Source: Acidimicrobiia bacterium (GTDB lineage: Bacteria; Actinomycetota; Acidimicrobiia; Spongiisociales; ZC4RG35). From it: a stretch of 64,000 bases of DNA. A model generated the notes under the pieces. It saw only the letters and a program-made list of their open reading frames with translations, had not been told where the DNA came from and did no database searches. Positions 33,279 through 43,862 of the stretch are shown piece after piece; the stretch's first letter is position 1, and the number at the start of each line of letters is the position of its first letter. The position numbers were made by a program, and so were the translations under genes. Where the stretch lies: contig CBDBCY010000004.1 in NCBI GenBank assembly GCA_965203555.1, positions 416,001 through 480,000 on the forward strand. Direction: 5' to 3'.

Positions 33279-34357
33279 TGGAAGCGCCACCGGTGTTTCA
33301 CCGGTTATGTGTAGCTGAAGTAAAACGTGAGACCGACCAGGCGGTGGCGATCACATTCGCCGTTCCTTCCGATCTGGCGCCGGATTTCAGATATCTGCCG
33401 GGCCAGCACATAACCGTGCGGGCCGAGATCGACGGAGATGACGTGCGTCGCAGTTATTCGCTGTGCGCAGACGCCGGCGCCGGGCAACTGCGGGTTGGCG
33501 TCAAACAACTTCGGGGAGGAAAGTTCTCCACTTTTGCCAATTCCCGCCTCAAAGTGGGTGATTTCCTGGACGTGATGCCTCCGGTCGGAGAGTTCACCAT
33601 CGAACCCGACCCCGTTTCAACCCGTCACTATGCGGCCGTGGCGGCAGGAAGCGGCATCACCCCCGTCCTGTCTCTGGTCTCAACCACCCTTCGGGCCGAA
33701 CCGCGATGCCGTTGGACGTTACTGCTGGGAAACCGCTCGGCCGCTTCGATCATGTTCCTGGAGGAGCTTTCCGCTCTCAAGGACAGGTATACCGACCGGT
33801 TCCACCTCATTCATGTACTCAGCCGCGAACAACCGGCTTCACCCCTTCTCAGTGGACGGATCGACCGCCCGCGACTCGAAGCCGTCTTCGCCTCTCTGGT
33901 CGACCCGGACACGGTGGATCTGTGGTTCTTGTGCGGCCCGTACCGGATGGTGACCGCGGTACGGGAGACCCTGGAGGATCGAGGAACGCCGCCCGCCGAC
34001 ATCAAAGACGAGTTGTTCTTCGCCGGGCCGCCCCCCGCCATGAATAGTGACTCTGCGAACGGAGAAGACTCCGAAGACACCGTGGATCTCGTTTTCACCC
34101 TGGACGGGCGCACCTCGATGGTGCGTATGGCGCCCGACTCCCGGGTCCTGGACGCAGCCTTGACCGTTCGCCATGAACTACCGTGGTCCTGCCGGGGAGG
34201 CATGTGCGCTTCCTGCAAGGCCCAGGTGCTGGAGGGTGAGGTCTCCATGGAGCACAACTACGCCTTGGTGGCCGAGGACCTGGAAGCAGGCTTCATCCTG
34301 ACCTGTCAGGCAGTTCCCCAAGGCGAACGGTTGGTCGTGGACTTCGATCGGCGATGA
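33278..34357 (+). CDS. paaE: Phenylacetyl-CoA epoxidase reductase (FAD/2Fe-2S)
   Basis: RRSYSLC, AAGSGITP, LCGP, CRGGMCASC, LTCQ. Confidence 0.95.
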   Translation: MEAPPVFHRLCVAEVKRETDQAVAITFAVPSDLAPDFRYLPGQHITVRAEIDGDDVRRSYSLCADAGAGQLRVGVKQLRGGKFSTFANSRLKVGDFLDVMPPVGEFTIEPDPVSTRHYAAVAAGSGITPVLSLVSTTLRAEPRCRWTLLLGNRSAASIMFLEELSALKDRYTDRFHLIHVLSREQPASPLLSGRIDRPRLEAVFASLVDPDTVDLWFLCGPYRMVTAVRETLEDRGTPPADIKDELFFAGPPPAMNSDSANGEDSEDTVDLVFTLDGRTSMVRMAPDSRVLDAALTVRHELPWSCRGGMCASCKAQVLEGEVSMEHNYALVAEDLEAGFILTCQAVPQGERLVVDFDRR

Positions 34358-34983
34358 GCGCCACCACCCGCCACAACCGGGAAAGCGTGATCCGGGCGGC
34401 GGGCAAACTGTTTGCCCTACGGGGTTATCACGGCACGTCCATGAAGGACCTGGGAGACGAGTTGGGACTGCTCAAGTCCTCCATCTACTCCCATGTGTCA
34501 TCCAAGGAGGACTTGCTGCTGGAAGTGGTGCGGCGCGCCGAGCGGCTCTTCAAGGAGTCCGCCCGCAGGGCGCTGGATACCGCCTCGGGAGAAACTGCCC
34601 GTCTGCAAGCGTTGATCAAGGGTCATCTTGAGGTGATCCTCGACCATCGCGACGAGGCAAGTACTTTTCTGAACGAGGCCCGGGCCCTGGACGAACGCTA
34701 CCGGGAGGCGGTGATCGCCGCCCGCGATGGCTACGAACGTATCTTCCGCCGGGTGATCGGAGCAGGCGTCAGAAGCGGGGAGTTCGACGACCGGGTGGAC
34801 CCGGTCATGGCCGGCATCTTCATACTCTCCATACTGAACGCAGTGGGACGCTGGTACAACCCGGACGGAAGATTGCAACGCCAGGAACTGGTAGAAGAGA
34901 TGTGGGATTTCATCAGTTCCGGGCTGGTCTGCACCCGAACGGACGGCCGGACCGCTCCAACGGCTCCAACCGCTCAGACGTAG
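34354..34983 (+). CDS. TetR family regulator (PaaR/KstR2-like)
   Basis: LFALRGYHGTSMKDLG...SIYSHVSSKEDLL; WYNPDG; last gene of the paa operon. Confidence 0.9.
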   Translation: MSATTRHNRESVIRAAGKLFALRGYHGTSMKDLGDELGLLKSSIYSHVSSKEDLLLEVVRRAERLFKESARRALDTASGETARLQALIKGHLEVILDHRDEASTFLNEARALDERYREAVIAARDGYERIFRRVIGAGVRSGEFDDRVDPVMAGIFILSILNAVGRWYNPDGRLQRQELVEEMWDFISSGLVCTRTDGRTAPTAPTAQT

Positions 34984-35648
34984 GACATCTCCCGCCGAAA
35001 CTTCTTCCAATCCGAGATCTTTACCGACCACACTGCATCGGTAAAGACCTGCAATACACCCTGACCCAGCAATAGCCATGCCGCCCACGAAGGGAAATCG
35101 GCCGACAGTGCCGGAACAAGAATGGCGAACGGGACCACCTTGGTAACCAGAGCCCCGGAGGCGTGCATCCAGGCCCTGGACCTGGGACTGGCTCGAAGAT
35201 AGGTGTCGTAGTCCACCTTGACTCCGGGCTGGGGACGAGTCAACGATCCCACGAACCAATGCGTGAAACGGATACCGGCCATCCGGCCCACTACCAGATG
35301 ACTCAGACCGTGGGTGGTGGCCACCAGCACGCCGCCCCCGCCGCCCAGCAGGACGAGCCCGTTCCAGGGATCAGGCAGGGCGTGAGACCAGACCACTAGG
35401 AAGAGACCCAGCAAGGTGAACAGCCCCATCAAGGTGGTTCCTGCCTTGATGCCGACACTGAACAGCGCCCACTGCAAGAAAGCCCTACGATCTATCTCGG
35501 CGATCCGTGATCCGTGATGATCAACCAAGTGAGGGGTGGATTTGACAGTTCCCACCGCTTTCCAAAAGCCCGTCCCGGCCAACCCCGCTCCCGCCTTCAC
35601 CGCTTGCTCGGCGGCGGTGAGGACTTCTTCTATGCCTTGATTCCCCAT
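34974..35648 (-). CDS. Hypothetical membrane protein
   Basis: 4 hydrophobic segments; HGLSH and MHASG motifs reminiscent of membrane metal sites. Confidence 0.7.
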   Translation of the reverse strand: MGNQGIEEVLTAAEQAVKAGAGLAGTGFWKAVGTVKSTPHLVDHHGSRIAEIDRRAFLQWALFSVGIKAGTTLMGLFTLLGLFLVVWSHALPDPWNGLVLLGGGGGVLVATTHGLSHLVVGRMAGIRFTHWFVGSLTRPQPGVKVDYDTYLRASPRSRAWMHASGALVTKVVPFAILVPALSADFPSWAAWLLLGQGVLQVFTDAVWSVKISDWKKFRREMSYV

Positions 35649-35717
35649 GCGTCTGACACTATCAGCAATGTTCGGGGTTGTCGAAGTCGAATCGGCAACT
35701 TTCTACCTCCAGGTAAG

Positions 35718-36506
35718 ATGCTTCCGGTATGTCTTCTTGGTCCTCACGACTTGAGCGCTGAGCTAGACCTGATTACCGGGGCGCTGTTGGTGCTGGCCGG
35801 CTTCGCAACCGCCTTCATCAATGTGATGGCTGGGGGAGGATCGGCTGTGAGCCTGATCATTTTGGAGCCGATGCTGGGAGCCAACATCGCCAACGCCACC
35901 AACCGGGTGGCCATTGTGTTCGCCAACGTCCTGGGAACCTCCAACTTCGCCCGCAAGCAGTTGGTTCCCTGGAAGATGTCCTTCAGCCTTATTTTCCCCA
36001 CCATGATCGGTACCGCGGTGGGCGCCTGGGTCGCCACCCGGGTTTCTAACGAGCAGATGCGCGCCGCTTTTGCGGTCGTGCTGATCGGGGTGGCGCTCTC
36101 GGTGCTGCTCAAACCCTCGGCCTGGTTGAAGGAGCAGGTGGATCCCCGGCTGGGACGGTGGGGCAGGGCGACAGCCTTCCTGGCTATTGGCTTCTATGGA
36201 GGCTTTATCCAGGTGGGAGTGGGGTTTCTGTTGATCAGCGGCCTGGTTCTGGGTTGCGGACTCGATCTGGTCAAAGGCAGTGCGGCAAAAATGTTCCTGA
36301 TCGCCTGCTATACCGCTCTGGCTGTGGGGATCTTTGCCCTTGCCGACCAGATCAACTGGCCGGTGGGCCTGGTGATGGCGATCGGCAACTCGACCGGCGC
36401 CTACCTGGGCACCCGTCTCGCCATGGAAAAAGGCGCCCGGCTCATCCGGTGGCTCCTGGCCATCGCCTCGGTGGCGGTGGCGTTGCGGATGCTGTTCTTC
36501 CAGTAG
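35718..36506 (+). CDS. TauE/SafE (TSUP) sulfite exporter family protein
   Basis: FINVMAGGGS, ANATNRV, GFYGGFIQVGVG; start uncertain (35718 or 35751). Confidence 0.88.
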   Translation: MLPVCLLGPHDLSAELDLITGALLVLAGFATAFINVMAGGGSAVSLIILEPMLGANIANATNRVAIVFANVLGTSNFARKQLVPWKMSFSLIFPTMIGTAVGAWVATRVSNEQMRAAFAVVLIGVALSVLLKPSAWLKEQVDPRLGRWGRATAFLAIGFYGGFIQVGVGFLLISGLVLGCGLDLVKGSAAKMFLIACYTALAVGIFALADQINWPVGLVMAIGNSTGAYLGTRLAMEKGARLIRWLLAIASVAVALRMLFFQ

Positions 36507-36541
36507 AGCTACAACGCCTCCTTAGGTAACCTTTTTTGTCG

Positions 36542-37585
36542 ATGATCATTCCCGTTCTCCTGTCCGGAGGGATCGGCGTCCGGCTGTGGCCGCTGTCCAC
36601 CCCCGAGTCGCCCAAACAGTTTCTGCGGATCTTCGGCCGCGAATCCTTATTGCAGGCTGCTGCCCAGCGGGTGATGGGCATGGAAGAAATGGGGTCTCCC
36701 GTGGTCGTCACCGGAAGGTCCATGTCCCGACAGGTGATCGAGCATCTGGATGAGATCGGGTGCACTCCCGCGGCGGTGTTGACCGAACCGGTGGGTCGCA
36801 ACACCGCCCCCGCAGCAATGGCAGCCGCTCTGTGGGCCGATTCCGATGATCTGCTGCTGGGTCTTCCCACGGACCATCTGGTATCGGACGTGGACGGTTT
36901 CCAGGCTGCCATCCGCCAGGGAATTCCGGCCGCTCGGCACGGGAACCTGGTGATCTTCGGCATTCAGCCATCCCGACCCCATCCCGGGCTCGGGTATATG
37001 GAGGTGACCCCGGGTCGCGATCCCGGAGTGCTCGACATCCGCCGATTCGTGGAAAAGCCGGATGTGGAGACTGCTCGACAGTTCATGGAGTCGGGCAACT
37101 ACCTGTGGAACGGCGGGATGTTCCTGGTGCAGGCCCGGACAATGCGGGAAGTGATCATGCGTCTGCTTCCGGAAGTGGCTGCCACAACGACCAGGGCGTA
37201 TGCCAACGCGCGCCACCATTCCGACGGAACCGTCGAACTGGGACCGGAATTCGGACAGGTCCCGGCCGTCTCGGTTGCCAAGGGACTTTGGGAACGCGCC
37301 GAGAAAGTGCAAGCGGTGCGGTTGGTGGCGGGGTGGTCTGATATCGGCTCGTGGGCGGCGCTGGGAGAGGTGCTGGAAGCGGACGACAACGACAATGTGA
37401 TAAGCGGTACGGCGGTGGTGGAAGCGGGTCAGGGAGTGCATGTACTCTCCCGGAACGCCAGGACGGCGGTGGTGGGGGTCTCTGATGTGCTGGTGGTAGT
37501 GGCCAACGACCGGGTGCTGGTGGCAAGCCGCCGGATGTGGGAACATACAAGTGAAACGATCAAACGCCTCGAAGACCTTGGGTGA
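36542..37585 (+). CDS. manC: Mannose-1-phosphate guanylyltransferase
   Basis: LSGGIGVRLWPLS..PKQF, EPVGRNTAPA, FVEKPD, WNGGMF, WSDIGSW. Confidence 0.88.
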   Translation: MIIPVLLSGGIGVRLWPLSTPESPKQFLRIFGRESLLQAAAQRVMGMEEMGSPVVVTGRSMSRQVIEHLDEIGCTPAAVLTEPVGRNTAPAAMAAALWADSDDLLLGLPTDHLVSDVDGFQAAIRQGIPAARHGNLVIFGIQPSRPHPGLGYMEVTPGRDPGVLDIRRFVEKPDVETARQFMESGNYLWNGGMFLVQARTMREVIMRLLPEVAATTTRAYANARHHSDGTVELGPEFGQVPAVSVAKGLWERAEKVQAVRLVAGWSDIGSWAALGEVLEADDNDNVISGTAVVEAGQGVHVLSRNARTAVVGVSDVLVVVANDRVLVASRRMWEHTSETIKRLEDLG

Positions 37586-37604
37586 ACGACCTGCAAGGCC
37601 GGTG

Positions 37605-37907
37605 ATGGTACGGATCGCGGTCCTCTTTTGGCTGATCGTCATTGCCGGATGCTCTTCGCCGCCTCCTCCTGACGTCACCGGACCCGAGTTGTTCAACCAA
37701 CTGTGCGCTACCTGCCATGGAGCGCAACTGGAAGGCAAGACTGGTCCCCCGTTGGGGCAATACTCGCCCAGTTCAACCCTTCCTGACGAGTATCTGGTGA
37801 CATCCATACGGCGCGGGATCGGGACGATGCCATCCTTCGACCATCTTTCCGACGACCAGGTAGAACGATTGGTCTCCTATATCCGAAACGTTCAGGCTGG
37901 ACCGTGA
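37605..37907 (+). CDS. Monoheme cytochrome c lipoprotein
   Basis: Lipobox-like IAGC, CATCH heme motif, distal Met GTMPSF. Confidence 0.88.
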   Translation: MVRIAVLFWLIVIAGCSSPPPPDVTGPELFNQLCATCHGAQLEGKTGPPLGQYSPSSTLPDEYLVTSIRRGIGTMPSFDHLSDDQVERLVSYIRNVQAGP

Positions 37908-38893
37908 CTCTTCGACCGGATCGGGTCTTTACCCACGGCCCCTTGGCCGGATTGCAAGCATGGGCCGTGGCTATTCCGATGCGACTTCCGTACCGACGCC
38001 TCGCCGAACGGCGGGCGGTCCTGCTGCGGGGTCTCGCCGGATGGGGAGAGTTCTCGCCTTTCGACGAGTACGACGATCGCGCCGCCGCTCGCTGGCTGAC
38101 TTCTGCGCTGGAGTCCGCTCTCGACCCTCTGCCACCACCCAGGCGCGACCGGATCCCGGTCAATGTCACAGTTCCCCCTGTGGGGGCCGATCATGCAAAG
38201 CGGTTGGTGGAAGCTTCAAGCTGCCGAACCGCCAAGGTGAAAGTGGCCGACAAGGGCCAGGACTTCACAGAAGACCTGGCGAGGGTGGCTGCTGTACGGG
38301 AAGCGCTGGGAGATGACGGTTTCTTGCGAATAGACGTGAACGGGGCGTGGACAGTGACGGAGGCGGATACCCGCCTCCGTCTTTTGGAGGAGTTCGATCT
38401 GCAGTACGCCGAGCAACCCTGCGCCACTCTGAGCGACCTCTCCGAGTTGCGATCTCGCACCAACATCCCGATCGCTGCCGACGAATCGATTCGGTCCGGC
38501 GCCACACCTGAAGAGATCATCGACTCGGGCGGGGTGGACCTGCTGGTGATGAAAGTGCAACCCATGGGAGGCGTTGCCCGGATGCTGGACTGGGCATCGA
38601 GGACAGGACTGCCGGTGATACCCTCCTCCGCGCTTGAGACCTCGGTAGGACTGGCCGCGGGACTGGCCGCGGCCGCAGCGTTACCCGAACTACCCTATGC
38701 CTGCGGCCTGGCCACCGCTTCACTGCTGGCAGGAGACGTGGTCCGCCAACCTCTGACTCCCGAATGTGGCGAGATCCCCGTCCACCGACCGGCACCTGAA
38801 CCTGAACTGGTGGAGAGATGGCGGCCAAGAGAGGAAGTAGCCTCAGTGATGATCGCCCGGCTGGAACGGGTTGCAAACCTGCTGCGAGTATGA
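37904..38893 (+). CDS. menC: o-succinylbenzoate synthase
   Basis: GWGEFSPF.EY, KVKVA, RIDVNGAW, EQP, IAADES, SSALETSVG. Confidence 0.93.
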   Translation: MTLRPDRVFTHGPLAGLQAWAVAIPMRLPYRRLAERRAVLLRGLAGWGEFSPFDEYDDRAAARWLTSALESALDPLPPPRRDRIPVNVTVPPVGADHAKRLVEASSCRTAKVKVADKGQDFTEDLARVAAVREALGDDGFLRIDVNGAWTVTEADTRLRLLEEFDLQYAEQPCATLSDLSELRSRTNIPIAADESIRSGATPEEIIDSGGVDLLVMKVQPMGGVARMLDWASRTGLPVIPSSALETSVGLAAGLAAAAALPELPYACGLATASLLAGDVVRQPLTPECGEIPVHRPAPEPELVERWRPREEVASVMIARLERVANLLRV

Positions 38894-40608
38894 ACCCCTC
38901 CCACCCCAACCCCTCAGTTGCCCTGGCAATCGTGGTGGTGGACGAACTGGTGCGAGGGGGTGTGACCAGGTTTGTGCTCTCACCCGGGTCTCGGTCCGCT
39001 GCGCTGGCCAGAGCTGTTGAGGACCATCCAGGGGCGTCACTGGCAGTGATGATCGACGAGCGATCGGCGGCCTTCTTTGCACTGGGGGTTGCCCGGATTA
39101 GCGGGTCCCCGGCGGCGGTGATTACCACCTCGGGAACGGCGGTGGCCAATCTCTTTCCTGCCGTGGTGGAGGCAGATGTGTCCGGAGTCCCGCTGATCCT
39201 GCTCACTGCCGACCGGCCCCCCGAACTCCGACACACCGGCGCCAATCAGACCATCGACCAATTGAAACTGTTCGGCGAGGAGGTCAGGTGGTTCTGGGAG
39301 GCCGGACCGACCGAGGATCGGCCGGCGTCCAATGCTTATTGGAGAGCTTCGGCGGCGCGGGCGGTGGCGGAAGCAGGCGGCTGGAGCGGTCGTGGGGGAC
39401 CGGTACACGTCAACCTGGCTTTCCGAGAACCCACCACTCCCACCGGCCACGACGGACGTTCCCAAGCGCCGCCCTTCATTTCCGAGACCAAGGGACGCCC
39501 GGCTGGAAAACCCTGGATCACCGCCCGGCGACCGGCCGGCTTGGACCCTTCCTTCCTTTCCGAGGTAAAGAGAGCAGAACGGGGCATCGTGGTTGTGGGG
39601 GAGGGGGCGGGGGGATCAGACATCTATGCGCGCCTTGCCGACCAACTCGGTTGGCCCTTGATCGCCGAAGCGCTGTCAGGCGCCCGCCATCCGCCTTCGA
39701 TCTCCACCTTCCATTTTCTGCTCCAAGGTTCTCCCTCTTCGCTGCGGCCCGATGTGGTTTTGCGCTTCGGTAAGACCGGACTCAGCCCGAACCTTGCCCG
39801 CCTTCTGTCGGACCCTTCCATAGCCCAGGTGGTGGTGGGCGCGCCGGGACGGTGGGCCGACCCGGACCGGGCGGTTTCCCAGATGGTGAGTGGTCCGCCC
39901 ACCGCGGCGGCCGAAGCCATGTTGAAACGGCTGGGAGAGAGAACCGGCAGTGGGGAATGGCTGCGAAGATGGCAGGAAGCCGAACAGGCCTGCCGGATGG
40001 TCATCGACCGGATCCTGGACGACGACACTCCGAGCGAACCCCGCGCAGCCCGGGATCTGGCGGCCATGCCGCTGGACGGGCTGGTGGTGGGCTCCTCGAT
40101 GCCGGTGCGCGATGTGGATTGGTTCGCCGAACAGACACCGGCCACAGTGATCGGCAACCGAGGAGCGTCCGGCATCGACGGAATCGTTTCCACCGCCCTG
40201 GGCGCGGCTTGGCAGAATCCGGGGCGGGTGGTCGGCCTGATCGGCGACCTGGCCCTGCTGCACGACTCCAACGGGTTTCTGGTGAGTGAACGGCCATCCT
40301 GCGTGCTGGTGGTGGTCAACAATGACGGAGGCGGGATATTCAACTTCCTGCCCCAGGCGAGCTATCCCCATTTCGAGAAGCTCTTCGGAACTCCACACGG
40401 ACGGGATTTCGAGGCGTTGGCTGCCTTTCATGAACTCGGCTACCGGAGACTGGAGCGAGCCTCGGATCTGGCCACCACCGTTGAAGACGTTCTGCACGAG
40501 GGCGGCGTATGGCTGGTGGAAGTTCGCACCGATCGGGAGGAAAACCACCGCCTGCACCAGCGAATCGGTAGGGAAACCGCCCGCCGGGTGGCCGAGGTGC
40601 TGGACTAG
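38890..40608 (+). CDS. menD: SEPHCHC synthase
   Basis: SPGSRS, DERSAAFFALG, TSGTAVAN, NRGASGIDG, GDLALLHDSN, NNDGGGIF. Confidence 0.96.
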   Translation: MNPSHPNPSVALAIVVVDELVRGGVTRFVLSPGSRSAALARAVEDHPGASLAVMIDERSAAFFALGVARISGSPAAVITTSGTAVANLFPAVVEADVSGVPLILLTADRPPELRHTGANQTIDQLKLFGEEVRWFWEAGPTEDRPASNAYWRASAARAVAEAGGWSGRGGPVHVNLAFREPTTPTGHDGRSQAPPFISETKGRPAGKPWITARRPAGLDPSFLSEVKRAERGIVVVGEGAGGSDIYARLADQLGWPLIAEALSGARHPPSISTFHFLLQGSPSSLRPDVVLRFGKTGLSPNLARLLSDPSIAQVVVGAPGRWADPDRAVSQMVSGPPTAAAEAMLKRLGERTGSGEWLRRWQEAEQACRMVIDRILDDDTPSEPRAARDLAAMPLDGLVVGSSMPVRDVDWFAEQTPATVIGNRGASGIDGIVSTALGAAWQNPGRVVGLIGDLALLHDSNGFLVSERPSCVLVVVNNDGGGIFNFLPQASYPHFEKLFGTPHGRDFEALAAFHELGYRRLERASDLATTVEDVLHEGGVWLVEVRTDREENHRLHQRIGRETARRVAEVLD

Positions 40609-41822
40609 CGCAGATCCAAAGCGCTGGTCATTGCCCCCAGCTTGAGACGAGTCTCGGCCAACTCCTCCTCGGGCAGAGACCCGGTCACTATCCCGGCCCC
40701 GGCGAAAAGACGCGCCCCGGTGTCCTTTAATTCGGCGCACCGCATGGCAATCGCCCACTCGCCGCCACCGCCTTTATCGAACCATCCCACCGGACCGCCA
40801 TATCCTCCCCGATCCATCCCCTCCAGTTGGCGGATTGCCTCCAAGGCGGCGTCGGCAGGAATCCCTCCCACCGCGGCAGTAGGATGAAGGCGCTCCAGGA
40901 CATCGAAACAGGAAACCGGCTCGGCAAGCACCCCCCAAAAAGAGGTGGCGAGATGGCGCAGGTTGGCCAGATCCCGGAGAGTCGGTTCGGCGTTGCGGCT
41001 CAGCCTGGAACAAACCTGCGCCAACCCGCCCTCCACCGAACCCACCGTCAATTCATGCTCAAGACGGTTCTTCTCTGAATGCAACAGGCCTTGCGCCAGT
41101 TCCTCATCCCGTCCGTAGTCAAAATGACGAGGAGCGGTCCCCGCCAAGGCCACCGACTCGATGTTCTTCCCCTGTTGACGCAACAGTAACTCCGGACTGG
41201 CGCCCACCAATCCATCCACCAAGAAAGTAAAGCACTCCGGAAAGGTCCTGTGCAGCCGGTCCAACAGTAGCTCTAAGTCGAACGGTGATTTGCTCCACAC
41301 CTCTATATCGCGCGCCAACACCACCTTCTGCAGGTGACCGGCTTCGATCAACTTCACCGCTGTGGCCACGGAGTCCATCCACCGCCAGTCCGGAGTGGTG
41401 GGACCCAGATAACGAGGGCGGTCGGGAGATGCTCCGGTGCGGGCGCCAACCCCAATAATGCCGGGATCGGCGTCTCCCACGGTGGTTATCCAACCGGCGG
41501 CGCCCTTGCGGCCCACCACAACCTGGGGAACCGCAACCACTGATCCCCCGGACCGGGGATCGAAAGTGAACGACGCAAAACCCACCGGACCGGTTCCAAC
41601 TTCCGACACCCGGTCATCCACCTCTGCTCGGGCTAGCCAACTCGTCCAGGCGTCATGGGCCCGGCGAAGGCGACCTTTTCCCAACCCGGGGTCAAAGCGC
41701 CATGCTTCACCGAATCCCCGCAGAGAGAAATCGCCGTGCATCCAGGCGAAATCGGGAAACCGAATACTCTGAGATGAGAACCCGCTGCCGTCGAGGGGAA
41801 GCGATCGAATCAGAATGCTCAC
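40605..41822 (-). CDS. menF: Isochorismate synthase
   Basis: KVVLAR, GASPELL, LAGT, HPTAAVGG, YGGPVGW, AGAGIV. Confidence 0.9.
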   Translation of the reverse strand: MSILIRSLPLDGSGFSSQSIRFPDFAWMHGDFSLRGFGEAWRFDPGLGKGRLRRAHDAWTSWLARAEVDDRVSEVGTGPVGFASFTFDPRSGGSVVAVPQVVVGRKGAAGWITTVGDADPGIIGVGARTGASPDRPRYLGPTTPDWRWMDSVATAVKLIEAGHLQKVVLARDIEVWSKSPFDLELLLDRLHRTFPECFTFLVDGLVGASPELLLRQQGKNIESVALAGTAPRHFDYGRDEELAQGLLHSEKNRLEHELTVGSVEGGLAQVCSRLSRNAEPTLRDLANLRHLATSFWGVLAEPVSCFDVLERLHPTAAVGGIPADAALEAIRQLEGMDRGGYGGPVGWFDKGGGGEWAIAMRCAELKDTGARLFAGAGIVTGSLPEEELAETRLKLGAMTSALDLR

Positions 41823-42307
41823 GGATTGATGGATTCTTCCAAAGTGTTCCGGGCGGTCTGCAGCAGGATTCTCCGAAAGTGACCGGCCACCAACTCGGCG
41901 GTGGCATCCATCATGGTTTGATAAGCCTCCACCAAGCGTTCGGTGGCTTCGACATCCGATCCGGCGGTGAATTCCACCGAATCACGAACAAACCGGGCGA
42001 AGACATCCACTGCGCGGGCCGCGATCGGACGCATTGCCTCATCCAACTGGCCCGCCAGGCTCAGCAACTCGTCGAGCGGAACCCCTCTTTCCAGGAGCAT
42101 CTTCCCGGCTCGCAAACCATCGGCGTCTCGACGATTGTACAACCGGGTGGGACCGGAACGCTCGGGGATGAGGATTCCCAGTCGCTCCAGAGCCTCCAGG
42201 ACGGTCACCGAGAGTCCCGACGCCGATGCAAGCTGCTCCAGCTCCAGAGACAAATCACTCCCGGAGTCGGTCAACAGTTCGTAGAGGGAACGGTCCCAGG
42301 GATCCAT
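41819..42307 (-). CDS. MerR-like HTH protein
   Basis: LEQLASASGLSVTVLEALERLGIL...RLY...LLERGVPL; start uncertain. Confidence 0.7.
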   Translation of the reverse strand: MDPWDRSLYELLTDSGSDLSLELEQLASASGLSVTVLEALERLGILIPERSGPTRLYNRRDADGLRAGKMLLERGVPLDELLSLAGQLDEAMRPIAARAVDVFARFVRDSVEFTAGSDVEATERLVEAYQTMMDATAELVAGHFRRILLQTARNTLEESINP

Positions 42308-42342
42308 CTGGCCGGACACGAGATCTTCGAAACCGCCGGGCT

Positions 42343-42786
42343 TCAGGCAGCTACTCGTTCTAGGTGTCTTCTGACTTGGTTCTTCAATGTGGCCACGATC
42401 GCCCCCATGCCCCGCAGGCGCAAAGGCGAAACCACCTCTTCCAAACCCACCCCGTAATAAAAGTCCTCGGGAAGGTCCAACACCGTCTGGGCCGACTCGC
42501 CGTCGAGCCCCACCGACAAAAGCCCGGCGTAACCGCGGATGGTGGGCGAATGGGGCGGCGCGTCGAAGAACATCCGGACCGTATTGTCCTCCTCCAAACG
42601 GGTGGCCAGGAAGAAGGGCGTCTGGCATTCCACCACTCTCTCCAACTCGTCTCTCATTTCGCCGTGATACTCGGGAGGCAGGGGTGGGAGGGTGCGGGAC
42701 AGATCGAGCAGGGCATGTCCCCTAATGGAACGGGGAGTGCTCTGCAACAGGATCAAAATCCGTTCGAGACGCTCGGGAAGGGCCAT
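42343..42786 (-). CDS. sufE: SufE family sulfur-acceptor protein
   Basis: [24 protein letters not shown]. Confidence 0.88.
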   Translation of the reverse strand: MALPERLERILILLQSTPRSIRGHALLDLSRTLPPLPPEYHGEMRDELERVVECQTPFFLATRLEEDNTVRMFFDAPPHSPTIRGYAGLLSVGLDGESAQTVLDLPEDFYYGVGLEEVVSPLRLRGMGAIVATLKNQVRRHLERVAA

Positions 42787-42908
42787 TCCCCATGAGGATA
42801 ACAGCGGCTTGTGGTGGGAATATGCACCGCATTCGGCGGGGTTTAAATCGTTATAACATGGGAGTACTTTCTACTCCCTACTCTGCACGTCAAACCGGAG
42901 AAATATGC

Positions 42909-43781
42909 ATGTCTGACACCGCAAATCCCAAGTTCGCCGCCTACGCACATCCCGGGATGCTGGTCACCACCGACTGGCTCGCCGCACATCTGGACGACCC
43001 CAGTGTCATCCCGGTGGAGTCGAACGAGGATCCGCTCCTCTACGACACGGGGCACATCCCGGGAGCGGTAAACCTCGACTGGCATCTCGATCTGAACGAC
43101 CCACTGATCAGGGACTACCTGCAGAGTGACGATTTCTCCTCGGTGATGGGAAGCAAGGGAATCAGTCCCGACTCCACCCTGGTCTTCTACGGAGACAACT
43201 TCAACTGGTGGGCCACCTACGCCCTGTGGGTGGTCACGCTGTTCGGTCACCGCGATGTCCGCATACTGGATGGAGGACGCATGAAGTGGGAGGCCGAGGG
43301 CCGCCCTCTCACCACCGAGTCCACCCAACGCGCCGCTGTAGATTACCCGTCCGTGGATCGCGACGACACCCGGATCCGCGCATTTCTCCCCATGGTGCTG
43401 GACCACTCCAAGGCAGGAGACCCCTTGGTGGATGTCCGCTCTCCCGAGGAGTTCCGTGGGGAACGTCTCCACATGCCCGGGTACCCGAACGAGGGTTCCA
43501 CCCGGGGAGGTCACATTCCCAACGCCAGCAATGTCCCCTGGAAGCGGGCCGCCAACGACGACGGAACCTTCAAGGACGCCGATGAACTTCGCGCCATTTA
43601 TGAGAGCGAAGTCGGCTTGCAGTCCGCCGACGAGGTCATCACCTACTGTCGGATCGGGGAGAGGTCCAGCCACACCTGGTTCGTCCTCACCCACTTGCTG
43701 GGATACGAGAACGTTCGCAACTACGACGGATCGTGGACCGAGTACGGCAACACGGTGGGCGTACCCATCGAAAAGCCCTGA
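42909..43781 (+). CDS. Thiosulfate/3-mercaptopyruvate sulfurtransferase (double rhodanese, SseA/CysA)
   Basis: [30 protein letters not shown]. Confidence 0.95.
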   Translation: MSDTANPKFAAYAHPGMLVTTDWLAAHLDDPSVIPVESNEDPLLYDTGHIPGAVNLDWHLDLNDPLIRDYLQSDDFSSVMGSKGISPDSTLVFYGDNFNWWATYALWVVTLFGHRDVRILDGGRMKWEAEGRPLTTESTQRAAVDYPSVDRDDTRIRAFLPMVLDHSKAGDPLVDVRSPEEFRGERLHMPGYPNEGSTRGGHIPNASNVPWKRAANDDGTFKDADELRAIYESEVGLQSADEVITYCRIGERSSHTWFVLTHLLGYENVRNYDGSWTEYGNTVGVPIEKP

Positions 43782-43862
43782 CCGGATCATCCGCCCCTTA
43801 CTAGACAACCGGGGCGGGGTTACTCCCTCCCCGGTCACACTTTTCGGGTAGACTGGGCGCCC

